DNA from: Podarcis melisellensis
Lineage: Eukaryota
Assembly (NCBI GenBank): GCA_964234715.1
Contig: OZ174276.1
Strand: one strand, 5' to 3'
DNA length: 64,000 bases
The notes under the pieces are model-generated. The model made no database searches and was not told the origin of the DNA. It worked only from the letters and a program-made list of their open reading frames with translations. Of this stretch, positions 35,966-49,213 are shown one piece after another. The stretch's first letter is position 1. Each line of letters starts with the position of its first letter. A program made the translations under genes and the position numbers.

Positions 35966-38900
35966 AAGTGAGCAAGCCTTCGTTATTTCTAGCTTCTGGT
36001 GAGAGTTTACCAATATTACAATGCAATGAGCAAATCCTTTCTATTGAGTGCTGCATTGTTGAAATTCATAAAATATAAGCCAGGTACCCATGCAGCCTCT
36101 TACGTGGCCTGCTAATATTTCTTCAGAGGAAAATCTCCCTCCCTCTCCAGCACAGCAACTCGTGCCTGGGGCCAAACGTCTTCAGAGTTATCAGTCAGTC
36201 TCCAAGCCCGCTCCTCCTCAGCCCACAGGATGAAGAATATTAGCAATACAAATTGCTGTTATCTATTTTTGATCCTGCCCTGGGCAGGGCTTCTGTACCT
36301 TTTGAAACTTCGCAACACATGTGGAAATTCCTCTGGTGCAACTTGCCACTGACCAGCATGCCAGGAAACAGCTTACTAGTTGAATTCCTACTGGGGAGAC
36401 AAGCATTTAATGACACAGGTGTCTCACCAGGATGCTACTTAATCAGGAAAAAATGGGTCTCTGCTGCCACCCCTACTCCCACCTCGCATGTTTCAGACCA
36501 TGCACTCAGGCTTCAGGAACACCTGGATCTCAATCTCTCTATACAATGAACGTTGGGAAATTGTTTTAAAATGCTATTTTAATTTAAAATAGCACTGCCA
36601 GTAAACTAAAATGGTGTCTAACCCCAGTTCCCAGAGATGCAGGCCTCCAAGCAGTTTCTTCTGTTCCCACAAAAGGCCCCACTGATTTTTTGTGGATGTG
36701 GGAGAAGAAAGTGGGGAGGAGCAGATATAGCAGTGGGATGGCCAAAGAGGTTCAAACTAGTTTCTGGTAGACGGGTTGTTTCTTATGTGAAGCTGCTCTG
36801 TGCTCAGGAAGTTGCATCAAGGAAGTTGTCATGGTACCTCAGGTGCATACTGGGCACACCCCTCTGCTTGCCCACCCTACCTGTTAGGCCTTTAGCTGCC
36901 CCCAGGGGAAAGGATTTAACAAGGCTGCCTTTCACCAACCGGCTGGATTCAGCTGGCTAGCTCAGTTGGTCGGACATGAGACTCTTAATTTCAGAGTGGT
37001 GGATGCAAGACCCACATAGTGCGAAAGATTTCTGTATAGCAGGACTGGGATTGATAACCTTGGCTCTTTCCAACTCTGCACTTCTATGATCCTGCCTAAA
37101 AATCCCACAGCTCAAAGGTAGCATAGAACTAGACACGGGGTGGTATGTTCCAGGAGAACACACAGGTTTCATGAAACATGACTGAAGCATGCACTAAAGG
37201 GACAAAAAAAACCCCACAATGCTTGTTCTTAGGAGAAAGGTTTAAACATAAGAATGGTTACAAGCACATGAAAACATTCCTCCCAGTGGCGAAAAGGACG
37301 GTAAAAAGAAATGCAGCTTTAAAGACAAAGCTGGTTCCTTCTCCATTCCTTCTGTATTTTTGTTGGAAGCAACCCAGAGTGGCTGAGGCAACCCAGTCAG
37401 ATGGACAGGATATAAGAAATTTATTATTATCCCTGAAGCTAACAGCTTGCTGTTGCTTGCAGCCCCCATCCCTGAAGGTGCACTCTAGGAATTTAGAGGT
37501 GTGTGTTTCCCAACAGCAGCTTTCGCTTGTGTGCCACAAGCACCATCCTCCAATGATTATTCCTACCACCTTCCAATTGGATCCCCCAGGCAGTTCACAT
37601 TTAAAAAGTCAATCCCACAATCTCCAAACAAGCCTACATGCAAGACTTCTATTTATTGATGACAATCCATTTCCTTCATCCAAGAGTGAATACCTCAGTG
37701 CAATGCAAAAGTTTTGTGAGGGAGAAACGAGTTTGTTGCACAAGACTGCCACATCAACTTTAATTGCCCAATCTGACTTTTCTGGTATGTAACTGAATCC
37801 CACCCCAAAGTAGTTCCAGTGTGGAAGAACCTCTCATCTCTGGTTCCTGGAGCAAGTCAAAGGGAGAGTGTGATCTTTCTAAATTACTTGAATGCACTAC
37901 ACATCACATGTGAATAGATGCTGTCATATATTGCAGTGATGATGCAAAAACAGAAGAATGAAGCTCCTACTACAGAAGACTTCATGCCAACCTGCTACTT
38001 TTAGGGCCCATCAGTTATGAGAAGGGAATTCTGCTGGATTTTACCCAGGGACCATCTCTGATCAGTGGTAATGCCACAGTTTTCCTGTTACCAGACATGG
38101 AAAGCAGTTTGAGATGTTCAAGGCAGCAATTGGTGCTAGGCACTCACATTTCTGCATTGAGAAGCTTTTGCACCAAATCCAATCCCTGACCTAATACATA
38201 CTTGAAGATTTGGATGGGGAGAATTTAAAGCACATCTTTTTAAAGAAAAACACACACTACTGTAGCTATCAGTCTAGAAATCCTGCATAGTCAGGATTGG
38301 CTATTTTTAATTTTTTAAAAAATATAAATAAATCCCACAGCAGCAAGACCAGGTTTTTTTTAGTGAGTGATGAAGTGTCAGTTGAAGCCATGCAATGCAT
38401 CTCACATCTCTGCTGTCTCACATTTTTTCTCCAATCTGGGAAGTCCTTAAGTGACCTTGCCTATGCATTTTGCAGCAAAATGCCGTTGTACTTGTTGTGC
38501 AACACACTCTGCTTTTATTGTACCGCAAGTCAGTCAGTCCTCTGCTTGTAGAAACAGTGTTTGCGAAAGAAAGCCAGCAAGTCACCTTCCACAAATGCTG
38601 AAACCATGTTTGCTGCACGTTAACTGTTGACAAGCATTCTACACAGCTCTCCAGGAGGCCAGTAGGAATCTGCTGCCAAGTGCCAAACCTCCAAAGGTCT
38701 TTGCTCAGTTACAAATACCAGCCTAGAAAGCAGGCCAAAGATCACAGATAAAGAGTTGTTTACTGTAAGTAGAAATCTTCCCCGTTGAACATTAACCAGA
38801 AGAGCGGGAGGGTGTTGAGGTCAGGGAAAAGAGGTGAGAGAGAAAGTGTGTGTCCAACACAGAGGCCCCCCCCCTTTATTGCCCCTTTGTGTATGAGTTT

Positions 38901-40134
38901 ACAGCCTCATAGTTACCATACAAATAGTCTCACATATCTAAACATTGATGGAATGCCTCTGTGTTCTTAACTTCTATAAGGAATGAGTTATACAACGACC
39001 AGGAATGGTTCCTTCCCTATTTTAAAAAAACCACTACTATGCTACATGGAAGACTGTTGACCACAACCCAAAGTGCTTAAAATACCACCGATGGCAAGGG
39101 AAGATCAACAAAAAATAACTCATTTCTTCCAATGTTATCTCAACTATTATGCTAAATTCTATAAGAAAGAGCATTCAGAATCAGTGTTCAAAGTTGGGTA
39201 GCAATGCTGATGCATTGAAAGTATTGTGTTTTGTTTGTTTACATGCATACTATGGAAATCGCATTACTGGGACCCAACCAAAGTGTCACAATATTGTGAG
39301 CAAGCTTTTGTGTTAATCAGGCTGGATGCTAAACAAAACAAGGTTAAGGATGTAGCAGAAGCTCAGCTGCCCCAGAGTCTGCTGTGCAGGAGGGCTTGCA
39401 CAGATACAACTAGAACAGTATCATGAGATGAAAAAGAGATTTCAGAATGTACCCAGGGCTACCAGGACAAAGAATCAATAAGGGCTGTTTCTCCATGTTT
39501 GCAAATGTAAAATCTGAAGGGTTTGCCAGCTGGTTTGGACCAACAAAAGTATTTTGGATTTTGAGAATGTGTTGTGGGCACCAGTCACAAAATGGCTGTC
39601 GCAGGAGCATGGCACAATACAAAATTAGGGAGTGTACAGTCATTTTTGCTTCCATCCAGCCACAAGCATGAGACAACCCCAGACTTACCACATGGAGTCA
39701 GCTATGTCTTAATGGTTCTGATTGGAGGCCTGCTCTGGTTCCCTGGGAGGCAGAAGAAGCTGGAGACTGTCAGTGAAGGAGGTGAGCTGCCCACCTAAGC
39801 ATGTGCTTAAGGCAGCAATCCTGCAAGCACTTACCTGAGAGTAAGTGTTGTCAGACTCAATAAGACATGGCTCCAAGTAAACTTGTAGAGGATTGCGCAC
39901 TAAAACTCACATTCAGAATCAATAAGTATTTAAAAGTGGTTCCTTTGGCTAAAGTAAACCTCAACTTTTGCTTTTCTCTTCTGTTGATTCTGAGATGATC
40001 CAGAGATTACTTTCTGGTCTCAAGCAGGCAGCCCAGCAGAGATCCAAGTGCAAGCAGAGATAGACCACAGATGGGCAAAGTATCACTGAGATGCCAACTT
40101 TTCAAAGAAATCAGGAAACCTGTTTTGTTTTGCT

Positions 40135-40140
40135 TTTATT
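40135..40140 (-). terminator. Candidate GRIP2 poly(A) signal (AATAAA on - strand)
   Basis: TTTATT on the + strand at the edge of an AU-rich block (40140-40330) typical of a UTR terminus. Confidence 0.5.
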
Positions 40141-41487
40141 TAATTAAAAAATCTAAGTAATTGCAATACCATTTAAATACATAGATTTACAAATAGGTCC
40201 AAAACAGGACTAAAATATTCTTTGAATATTGTGCTTTCATAGATACATAAGAAAATTAGCGTATAAAAATACTTTACAAGGAATACACTCTAATATATGG
40301 ATAAAAATACACATTTAAGTAATGCATTTCATTTTTGTATCATTCAAAATGCATAGGAAGGGATACAAGGACCATTTTTTTAAAGCCTTATTAAAAGTCT
40401 TCATTAAAAACCCATTTGAAGCCACGCTGAGCTTCCGCCATTTTGGGAATATTGCATATAAAACCCCTTTTTTCTGCTCAACTGTCAATACCCTCCAGTT
40501 TCTTTTATGGCACATTATCTAGGTTATATGGCAGCCATGGTATGGAATATTGCATACTTTGAGAAGAGAAAATGGCTACAGCTAGATGCAGCCCCAAAGG
40601 GACTCCATGCACATCTTAAGGAAAGCACAGAAACTTTGATGTGGCCCAGAAAGTGAATAAGCATATTTTTTATTTAAAAAAGAAAGAAAGAGGAAAAGAG
40701 AGAAGTAGATGCAATCACAGCTTAATCTGGGCTCAGATCTGAAAACCAGTCATGGTTTACTGATCTACCGGAGAAGGTTACCCATACCAAATCATGGCAT
40801 CTTAATTTGCATCAGAATGGTACCAAAGAAAATAAAGGGCATACAAAGGAAGAGAGGAGCCAGTTTCCCATTTCCAGGGTCTTACTCAAGTTCCCTTGTA
40901 GGGGGACAGTTGAAAAAACCACCACAATAAAGTGCTATTCCAGAAACCCTGGCACAGGCCATTGGACTGGCCGGAGCGAGATTTGCAAGCCCCGGCATTT
41001 TTGACATGTGGAAAGGAAGAGATCATGGCCTTAAGTTGCAAGTCCATCTCACCTGCTGCAGGCAGATCATCCAAAGAATGTGAATATCACATCCATGATC
41101 ACTACAACGCAATTCAGTTGTGGAAGGCAGAGGGTCACATAGGCATCGTGCTCAGAAAGCCAGGGAGGAGAAGGTAACTACTAAAAACATGGGGCTGCTG
41201 CTATGACTGCTAACAACAGGGCGTCAACCCTCATCATCAGTGGGGCTTTTTTTTAAACAAACAAACGCACGCACTTGCACTAGGACGACCCACAGGGGGT
41301 GCACTGGGAGACACAATACCAATCTCGCAGAGGATGTCTCATGCTTAACAGTGACAAGGAGATACAAGGGTTTCCCCACTCCCATAGGGGGAAAAACGAG
41401 GGTCAGGGCAAAGAGGGTTATGTGAGTGACTCACATTCAGCTGCCCACTCACAGACTCATAGTTCAACCAAGAGAAAGATTCTTGGT

Positions 41488-41488
41488 G

Positions 41489-41516
<28 letters not shown>
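41488..41516. repeat. (GT)n microsatellite in the GRIP2 3' UTR region
   Basis: Seen directly; a second (GT)n lies at 41928-41956. Confidence 0.9.
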
Positions 41517-41520
<4 letters not shown>

Positions 41521-41927
41521 AGGGGGAGGCACACACAAAGTTACTGGTGACCCAGAAAAGCCAGTTTCCTGCCCTTTGTGTATGGTATCATCAGTGCTGT
41601 CTAAGAAAAACACAGTAGATAAGGAAGGAAGGAAGAAAACAAGCACACATTGTCTTGAAGTCAAATAGTGGTGGATGTGTTTAGGCTGCGCCCCAAAGAA
41701 TGAGTGCCTGAGATGTGGCAAGGGAGAAAAAAATTACATGCCCAAGCCTCGTCTTTTGTGACAAATGGCTTAGGACTTCATAAAACTTGCCAGGGGAAAC
41801 TCTGCTCTCAGTTGTGAAGGGGATCCCAAGCACCACAGTGGCTGTGAATTGGGAAAAGAACACAAGGCCGTGGGCTAAGGAAAAGCTATGGGGTAGTGCA
41901 GGGGTGGCCTTTCACAGAAACATAGCG

Positions 41928-41959
<32 letters not shown>

Positions 41960-42429
41960 TATTAAGTTTCACTGTACATGATTTAACAAAGCAAACAACA
42001 AGAAAATAGCACCATGTACCCAAGCCCTTTGAAGACAGGGGCAAAGATGATGGTCTGGTGCCCTGTGACCCCGTTCGCTGGAGAAGCTCATACCATGAGC
42101 AAAGGATGTTCTCTCCCAGGTGAGTTGTGCTGGGCACTGCTTCCTGCTTTCAGTGGCAACAGCAGCCCATCCCACCCACCGAGTTGGCCAAAGAGGGACC
42201 GACCATTTCCACCGGTCTGTCTCAGCTTGGGCCTTCAAGGCCTAGGCTGACTGGCTTCAAGATGCGACAAAAGGGAAACCCATTTCTTCATGGCAAATTA
42301 CATTACACAGAGTAATCACAATACCAGTGCAAAAGTAAAACCGAAAAAAGTGTTACAGACACCCATCAACCCCTTTTCCCCCACCCCCACAGGACCTCAA
42401 GAACAGTTGACGCCAAGCCCACCCAGCAT

Positions 42430-42621
42430 TCAGAGCGTCTGTGTGTTTGCCTTGACCTCCACACTAGGAGCCTGCCGGCCTGGCAAATCCTCATCGAGCT
42501 GGGCTTTGGCAGTGAAGGCCAGGGGATTCCGGCTGATTACCAGGTCCAGTTTGTCTCCTGCTTCAGATATCAAAGGGACAGCTAAGCAGCAGTCAAAGTC
42601 CCGGGTTCGAATGCGGTTTAC
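42430..42621 (-). CDS. GRIP2: GRIP2 last coding exon ([18 protein letters not shown]...ANTQTL*)
   Basis: CAG acceptor, C-terminal half of PDZ7, TGA at 42432-42430. Confidence 0.93.
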   Translation of the reverse strand, partial: VNRIRTRDFDCCLAVPLISEAGDKLDLVISRNPLAFTAKAQLDEDLPGRQAPSVEVKANTQTL

Positions 42622-43764
42622 CTGAAGGGATGGGAGAAAACTCATAGTGGATTATGGGAAACACACACACGCAAAACAGGAAAATGAGACCATTTTATTT
42701 TACTGTGGTGTTTTTAAAAAAGTAACCGGTTGTAGGAAAGCACAGGTGGTGAGAGTGCTGTTACGTTCACATCCAGCTTGTAGTCTTTCCTCAGGCATCT
42801 ATCTGTCTGGTCAGCCACTGCGAGAACAGGGTGCTGGACTAGATGGGACATTGGCCTGATTCAGCAGGCTCCTATTGTGTTTTTATATTCTTAAACTTGT
42901 GTCAATGTTGAACACCAAATAGATTGTAATTTGGGAGCTGTTCTGCTACATATAAAACATAGGCCAAACAAAACTATGCTGTGCTATGCTATGGCAGAAA
43001 AATCCAGGAAAACACATTCCTGGAGCCATTCAATTCCTCAGTTATGTGAGAGAATGGAAAAGACATCTGATCAAACAGTACTCTTTTTGTGGGACACAGT
43101 TTTTGACAAAATTCTAACCAGAAGCATTAAGTCGGGGATGGTGAGCTGTTGTTGTATCCTTGTGGGGTTACTCTATTCTCCAGCCAATGATTCGGGGGGT
43201 CAGAAATGTATTTTGTAAAACCCAAGTGGTCAGGCGCCATAATGCAGTTGGGTTTCACCTTGCAGAAAAGGCTCCCCGGTTATGATGAGGTTGTTTAAGG
43301 GTGGAGCCTCTCTGATTTATTTGTCTTTAAAATATTTACTTTTTTTCTCATCCCTGATGAAAGTGTGGACAAACCTTTTATCCCAACTCATTTAAAGTTT
43401 CATTAGGGCTACCAGGGACAGATAACCCACGGATCAACATTTTTTGCATTTAGCTGACAGTGTAAGGTGGGTATACAATCAGTCAAACTGGCAGGTGGGA
43501 TCTAAATTAAGTTTACGGTAAGCACAGATGTGGATGTTAAGATCTGCTGCACACACTCGGAAGCGACAGCATCTGGAGTCAATGAAGGGCTACTTTATAT
43601 TCTAAACCCCAAGTGGTTGAGGCAGGATGACTCCTTTTGTTTCTGTAGCCTGTGAGACAAACAAGGGATGCTCTCTCCATCCCAGCTCCTCTCAGCCCAG
43701 TGCTGCCATGGGGATGAGCACAGTATGTCAGCACATGGGAGAGTGCATGGTGCATGCGAGAGAC

Positions 43765-43772
<8 letters not shown>

Positions 43773-43828
<56 letters not shown>
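43773..43828. repeat. (AG)n microsatellite
   Basis: About 28 AG units. Confidence 0.95.
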
Positions 43829-43832
<4 letters not shown>

Positions 43833-45193
43833 GTGTAAGAGAGAACGCATTGTGTGTCTGTGTGATCTGCAGATGTGGGTTTTCGTGAGATGTTTGTGCG
43901 ATTAGTGTCTGCAAGTGGGTGCATCTGAAAATGGCACGTGACCCTTGAAGGGCTGCCCAACCTCACAACCCCGAGGTCAAGGAAGGTTAATCGGCTCTAG
44001 GGTTAGTTCTTCCATTCCTCTGCATCTGATTTCCTCTGTATCAAACAAATACATCTATATTTTTCTGACCTTTAGAAAGCCCTTTACAGATCACTCCCGG
44101 CTCAACACTTTCCCCTAACTAGGATGCTACAGAGTCAGACCATTGGTTTCCCAGCCCCACCTGGAGATGCTGGCATTGCACTTGGGCAACGTCCCCTTTC
44201 AATGCCTGAGGCCAAGCAGAAATGTGCTGCCATGCCCTCCCTTACGTGAGGTGACAATGGCAGTGGTTTCCAGTGAGATCTCGCAAAAATCCAGTGAGAT
44301 CTTGCTGCAAACCAGCACTGCTTCTCTGCCACCAGCTGGGTGGACAGGGTGCCCGCAGAGACAACGCCTGAGGCGGTTGCTTCACCCCTGCACTTGGGAC
44401 TTCCTGTATGCAAGGCCGATTCTCTTCCCACCGCCTCAAGCTACAGTCCTGCTGAGACCATCATACAGAAGTGACGACAAGGTGTCCCATGCAGAGATAC
44501 TGAAGTCCTCTTCTCATGGTTCCTCTTTGGGTCTAGTATGCGTTCAAGGAGAACACTTTGGTGCTTGTGCAGGCTGTGACATTGCCAACATTCTGCAGAA
44601 ACGTGGCCGGCAGCCTAATCACTTTTTTTTTTGTTTCCCCTCTCCGCTCTTCCCCCAATTCCTTCTTTCTGCTGGTCTTTCATTTGAGGCTGAGAAAGAA
44701 CAACGGTGCAGCAGGCCAGCTGGCTACAGACCATAACAAGCACAAATGAGCCTCCCCCTTATTGTTGCCAGATTTTCAGTTACTGACCCTACATGTGTTA
44801 GAGTTAATTGTGGCACAGCCAATAAAGTCTTTTTAAATGCTGAAGGGAACAGCAAAAGAATCCTTGAGGGAATTGCAAGACTTCTAAAATAATGAATGTA
44901 ACTGCTTGCAGAGCAGGGAGGGGGGTTGTACCAACTGCCTCCAGCATTTCTGGTCCAAACAGGAGAGGCCGACAAAACAGTTTGGACCTCAAGTTGTCAC
45001 TTCTTTTCCTAGCCCCACCAGAAATGCCAGCGTGGTGTGCCAATGCATTAATAAAGAGCCTTCACCGGGGCTCCTGAAGGTCTAGGTGGCTTTTTCCTGT
45101 GGAGTAGCTACAATGAGTTCAGGGAGCCGCCACCTGAGGGAAAATGTGTGGGTATGAATGGCTTGTGCTACAGAGCTGGAGGACAGGTTAAGG

Positions 45194-45444
45194 CAGTGTT
45201 GGCCAACGCAGTGCCCTTGGCTGCCAGCGTGCCTGCTAGTACCTCCTGTAATGCCCATGAAAGGTCTCTATAAAAGCCCACAATGCATGAGAGATTGTTT
45301 GCTCCTCTTGCTCACAGTTCCTGTTTGCACTGGGCTTGCCCTTTCCTGCACCATCTTATGGCGGCCATTTTGTGACAGGCATCCCTGGCACTATGTCAAA
45401 ATTCCAAATCTGCCCCCTGGCCCGAAAAAGGGTTGCATCCCCTG
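45194..45444. mobile_element. hAT MITE, 251 bp
   Basis: Ends CAGTGTTGGCCAAC / GTTGCATCCCCTG; perfect 8-bp TSD GGTTAAGG (45186-45193, 45445-45452). Confidence 0.78.
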
Positions 45445-45640
45445 GGTTAAGGAAAACAGAAACAGTGAAATTGTGCAGCAGTAGGACAGAAAGAAAAAGA
45501 GGGTGTACCGTTTTAGACAGACTATTCCAGCAGCCACTAGTATGAACCCAGCTGGTTTGCCCCAGATACAAGTTCTTCTTCTCCAAGAAACAGACCCATT
45601 TGGGTTTCTTAAACCTTTTGCTGTTATTTATAGTTATTAC

Positions 45641-45787
45641 CTGAAGGACTCTGTCATAGGGCTTGAGTCCACACTGATCAGCTGGCCCATCTGGGCGGAT
45701 CATATTCACATAGACGCCTTTTTCCAGCAAGCCATCTGAGACACTGAATCCAAAGTCTTCAGTCTCTGGATCCTTATAAATAGTTAT
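45641..45787 (-). CDS. GRIP2: GRIP2 exon ([27 protein letters not shown]...YDRVLQ), PDZ7
   Basis: AG/GT bounded, 147 nt. Confidence 0.95.
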
Positions 45788-46879
45788 CTGAAAAGGAAAG
45801 TCTAATTTGCATGAACAGTAAAAACAGAGGACAAAGCATGAGGAGAAAGTGCCCCCCCCCCGGTGCTTCAAGAATAAATGAGGGTCTCATTTTGAAGTTT
45901 TTGAAAAATTCAGCTGTTTCAACTTAAAATGTCAAACTCGGTCACTAAGTAGCCATGGTGAATGTAAACCAACAGCTTCAGGTATGTGTTCTCCTCAAGC
46001 GGCACTGTAAGCCACAGGAACCGAGTGCAATGCTTATGCGACAAGAGTGAACGTGTGGGCATGTGGCACAGAAGTAGGAAAATGGCCAGTGTTTTCCAAG
46101 AAAGCATCAGTAGCAGAACTAGGGCACAGGACAAACAAGGACAAGGTGATAACATTGCTCTAACACCCCTCCCAATAATGATCCCTAGTTGGAATGTGGG
46201 GTCAGGAACAGAACACACTTGCAGCACAGTCCTAACCATGCCTACTCAGAAACAAGCCACACTGAATTCAATGGGGCTTGGTCCCCAGTAAGTGGGGTTA
46301 GTACTGTAGTCTGAATTACTAATCTTTACTGGGAGAGCATCAACATTGCTATCAGAAAAGGTCATTTGGTCAGACACAATGCACACATTCAGGCTCTCTG
46401 TGCGAACCAGCAATGCTGTTGCTTGGGGGGGGGCAGGCGCTGTTCCAACTTTAAATCGACTACCTCGTCAGCCTTGAGAATGAAGCTCTGCTGTTTAAAC
46501 AGGAATGTTTGGTTTCTAGCAAAATGCCTGAAAGACTTCCGAACCACCAAAAGCCTTTTCGGAGAAGCTGGTGCAATGGTAAGCATTCCTCTGCACAGGA
46601 GGTGGGGCGTGTGTTCATGGATTGCATGCCATTGCTATTAGGCAAGGTTAGATATCCCTGATAGCAATGCTGCATTTGCATGTTGAACCTCACGTTTTCC
46701 ATAGGCCTTTCAGAAGTGATAGGAAATGAGAACAGGAAGGTCTACCCTCCCCATGAGTCCTGTGCTTACACCTCTCCCCCGCCACTAAAATGAGAGCAGA
46801 AGCCATTGCGCTACTCCTGGCCTGAGACTCTTGTTTACCTGTGTGTGTCATCTGCTTTACTGCAAAGTCATCCTATTAC

Positions 46880-47054
46880 AGGAGGTGGTCTTCTACTAAG
46901 CCAGTTTATTAGGTCCACCAACCTCAGTATCACCAGCACTGACTAGCAGTGGCAGGTTCACCATGGATTCAGACAGCCCTGCCTGGAGATGCTGGAGGTT
47001 GCACATGGGACCTTTTGCATGCAAAGCATGTGCTCTACCCCTGAGCTATAGCCC
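46880..47054 (-). mobile_element. tRNA-Ala(TGC)-headed SINE
   Basis: Minus-strand head GGGCTATAGCTCAGGGGTAGAGCACATGCTTTGCATGCAAAAGGTCCCATGTGCAACCTCCAGCATCTCCAG is tRNA-Ala-like with a decayed B box. Confidence 0.7.
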
Positions 47055-47322
47055 GTTCCAGTTTTGCTAGGTGTGGGGGGTGCATTGCAAGGGAGTGGCA
47101 GGAAGAGGGCGCTGTCCCCACCAGAGGACACCAGCTGCTTACTAACATCAGTAGAACATTCCATGCCCTGCCATCCTGTGCTCAAAGACGTTTATCCAGA
47201 AACTTAGTAATGGGGCAAATCCGCCTCTGGAGATTATTCTTTTTTCAGTCCTTTACCCAGCCCTATCCTATCTTTACCCTACAGTCTTAAAACCCATAAC
47301 CAGACCATTCTTCAGCACAAAC

Positions 47323-47562
47323 CTTGTGCAGCTCAAGAGGGGTGGGAGACATGATTTCTTGGATCTCTTCCTTCATCATCTTAATCTCCAAATTCCTGTC
47401 ATTTTTCTTGGTGGGAGTGACATTGGCATTGCCCTTCCCTTCACCTGAGCTCTTGGTGTTCCCTTTTCTTGGTGGGCTCAGTCCTGATTGGTTGACAGAG
47501 TTCATGAGCAACTTGCCCCCATCAAGGTCTAGATTGTGTACACTCCCTGTCATGATGGATGC
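47323..47562 (-). CDS. GRIP2: GRIP2 exon (ASIMTGSV...EIMSPTPLELHK)
   Basis: AG/GT bounded, 240 nt; ends in the GRIP-typical EIMSPTPxELHK. Confidence 0.92.
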
Positions 47563-49092
47563 CTATGGAGGGGTAAGTAAAAAAACAACCACACAGAGAG
47601 AGAGAACACAGTAAGCTCGGTGCAAGAAGCAGCATGAACAGTAAGGTTCAGGGCAAGACGAATGTCCCAACTCCTGCATCCTCTGCTCCAGGACCTCCCA
47701 CCCAAACAAACGCTGGCAAGACAAAGTTCAGAGAGAGAACAGGGTGCCATCGCTCAAGGACGCTTCAGGACTCTTTACTATGGGATGCTGCCAAATTGCA
47801 AACTCTGCTCAGGATTCATCGTGAGTTCACTTGAATTGGCATAGATGAGATATGCCAGCCCGCATGGACAACAAAATTTTGGCCGTGCACTTACAATTTA
47901 TGGGAACTGGCCACAACACCACAATATCATGGCAAGACTTACTTCCCTATTACGATTCTCCTTTTGGCCAATGCTAGATGCACACCAGTGTCAGGTGCAT
48001 GCTGGGTTGAACACATTTGCTGTTTCTATGTGCACTTTCAACTGAATGCTATCTCAGTGTTTCCCATCCATGCTAGTGGGTGGTGCTTGGTGGGATGAAT
48101 TTGCAGTGTGTGTTGTTGTTCCCTCATCTCCATTAATACTTCCACACCCTCCCAGAGTTCTGGAAACATGAGGCCCATTGTGGACGTGCACAAAATTATG
48201 TTTACCTGCATGTGTGGCCATTAAAAAAAATTGTTACAAGTTTTCATATACACCAGATTTGCACAAAAGAGTAGGTTAAAAAAAAGAAGTTGAATTTTGA
48301 GCCCCACCAGCAACTCACCCTCTCTGAGTTTGAAAAACCTGAGGTCCATATTGGACACGCAGGCAGGTATTTGTTTACTTTTACCTGTGACCCTTTTATA
48401 AATTTTGTTTTTGAGATGACACCCAGAAAAGTCACCATGCACATGAGAGATCCAACCCACCTCCATCATGTGCTTCAGTATGTCCACAGATGGGCAATAA
48501 GCAATTTTATGTAGGATTTTTGTCTCCTTACTGCATTATTGGGGAAATCTGAACTAAACAGGGAAGTGCCACTTAGATGGGGACAATGTTACGTGTTCAA
48601 TGCAATAAACATTTAATCCACTTTAAACCTATATGTGTACCTAGCCTTACACATGGATGATAATTTGACCGCTTCAAGCACTTGAAACGCAGGAGCCATG
48701 CTTCTGACAAACAAAAAAAGATGAAAATCCCAATTTTCTGCTTGGGAGAGCAGTGCTAGTTTGGATTAGGCTGGCAAAGGCTAATATAGATTTTGGGGAA
48801 AACAGGTCTAACCTTCCTGTGTGCCTGTACCCTTGTAATACCTGCTCAACCTGCTCAAGATGCATTCTATAAGCTTCTATTGATATTACCTTGAAAGGAA
48901 GCACACTTTATAAAGGGTGACACTCTGACTATGCAGAGAAGGGGGAATATAGAGCGCTCTGTTCACCCTGCCATTAGCTCCAGCTCCCATCAGTCACAAC
49001 CAGAAAGACGCAGCTCAAGAAGAACCAAGAGAGGGGAACTTACTAGAAGTGGTACAGCTAGACACCCCTTCTGCTTTCAAAGGTTAATTTAC

Positions 49093-49213
49093 CTCAATCT
49101 CCCTCAAAAGCTCAGACTGGCCGCATGTTTCCAAGTCCTCCAAAGCTTCTCCAAAAACACGCCAAAAATTATCCTCATGTGCGGTCTCAAGGCCATTTTG
49201 GCGGTTGGGATAT
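49093..49213 (-). CDS. GRIP2: GRIP2 exon (YPNRQNG...[19 protein letters not shown])
   Basis: AG/GT bounded, 121 nt; conserved [11 protein letters not shown]. Confidence 0.92.

Noticed and set aside
37178-37792. 204-aa ORF between the two genes
   Set aside because: No recognisable domain or coding-like composition. It lies in intergenic or UTR DNA and is consistent with chance.
44143-44736. 197-aa ORF antisense within the last GRIP2 intron
   Set aside because: No recognisable homology, non-ATG start, and it overlaps repeat-like sequence.
46984-47054. tRNA-Ala-like sequence (also tRNA-like heads at 58896 and 60453)
   Set aside because: Broken T-arm/B box or acceptor stem and attached SINE bodies indicate SINE heads, not functional tRNA genes.
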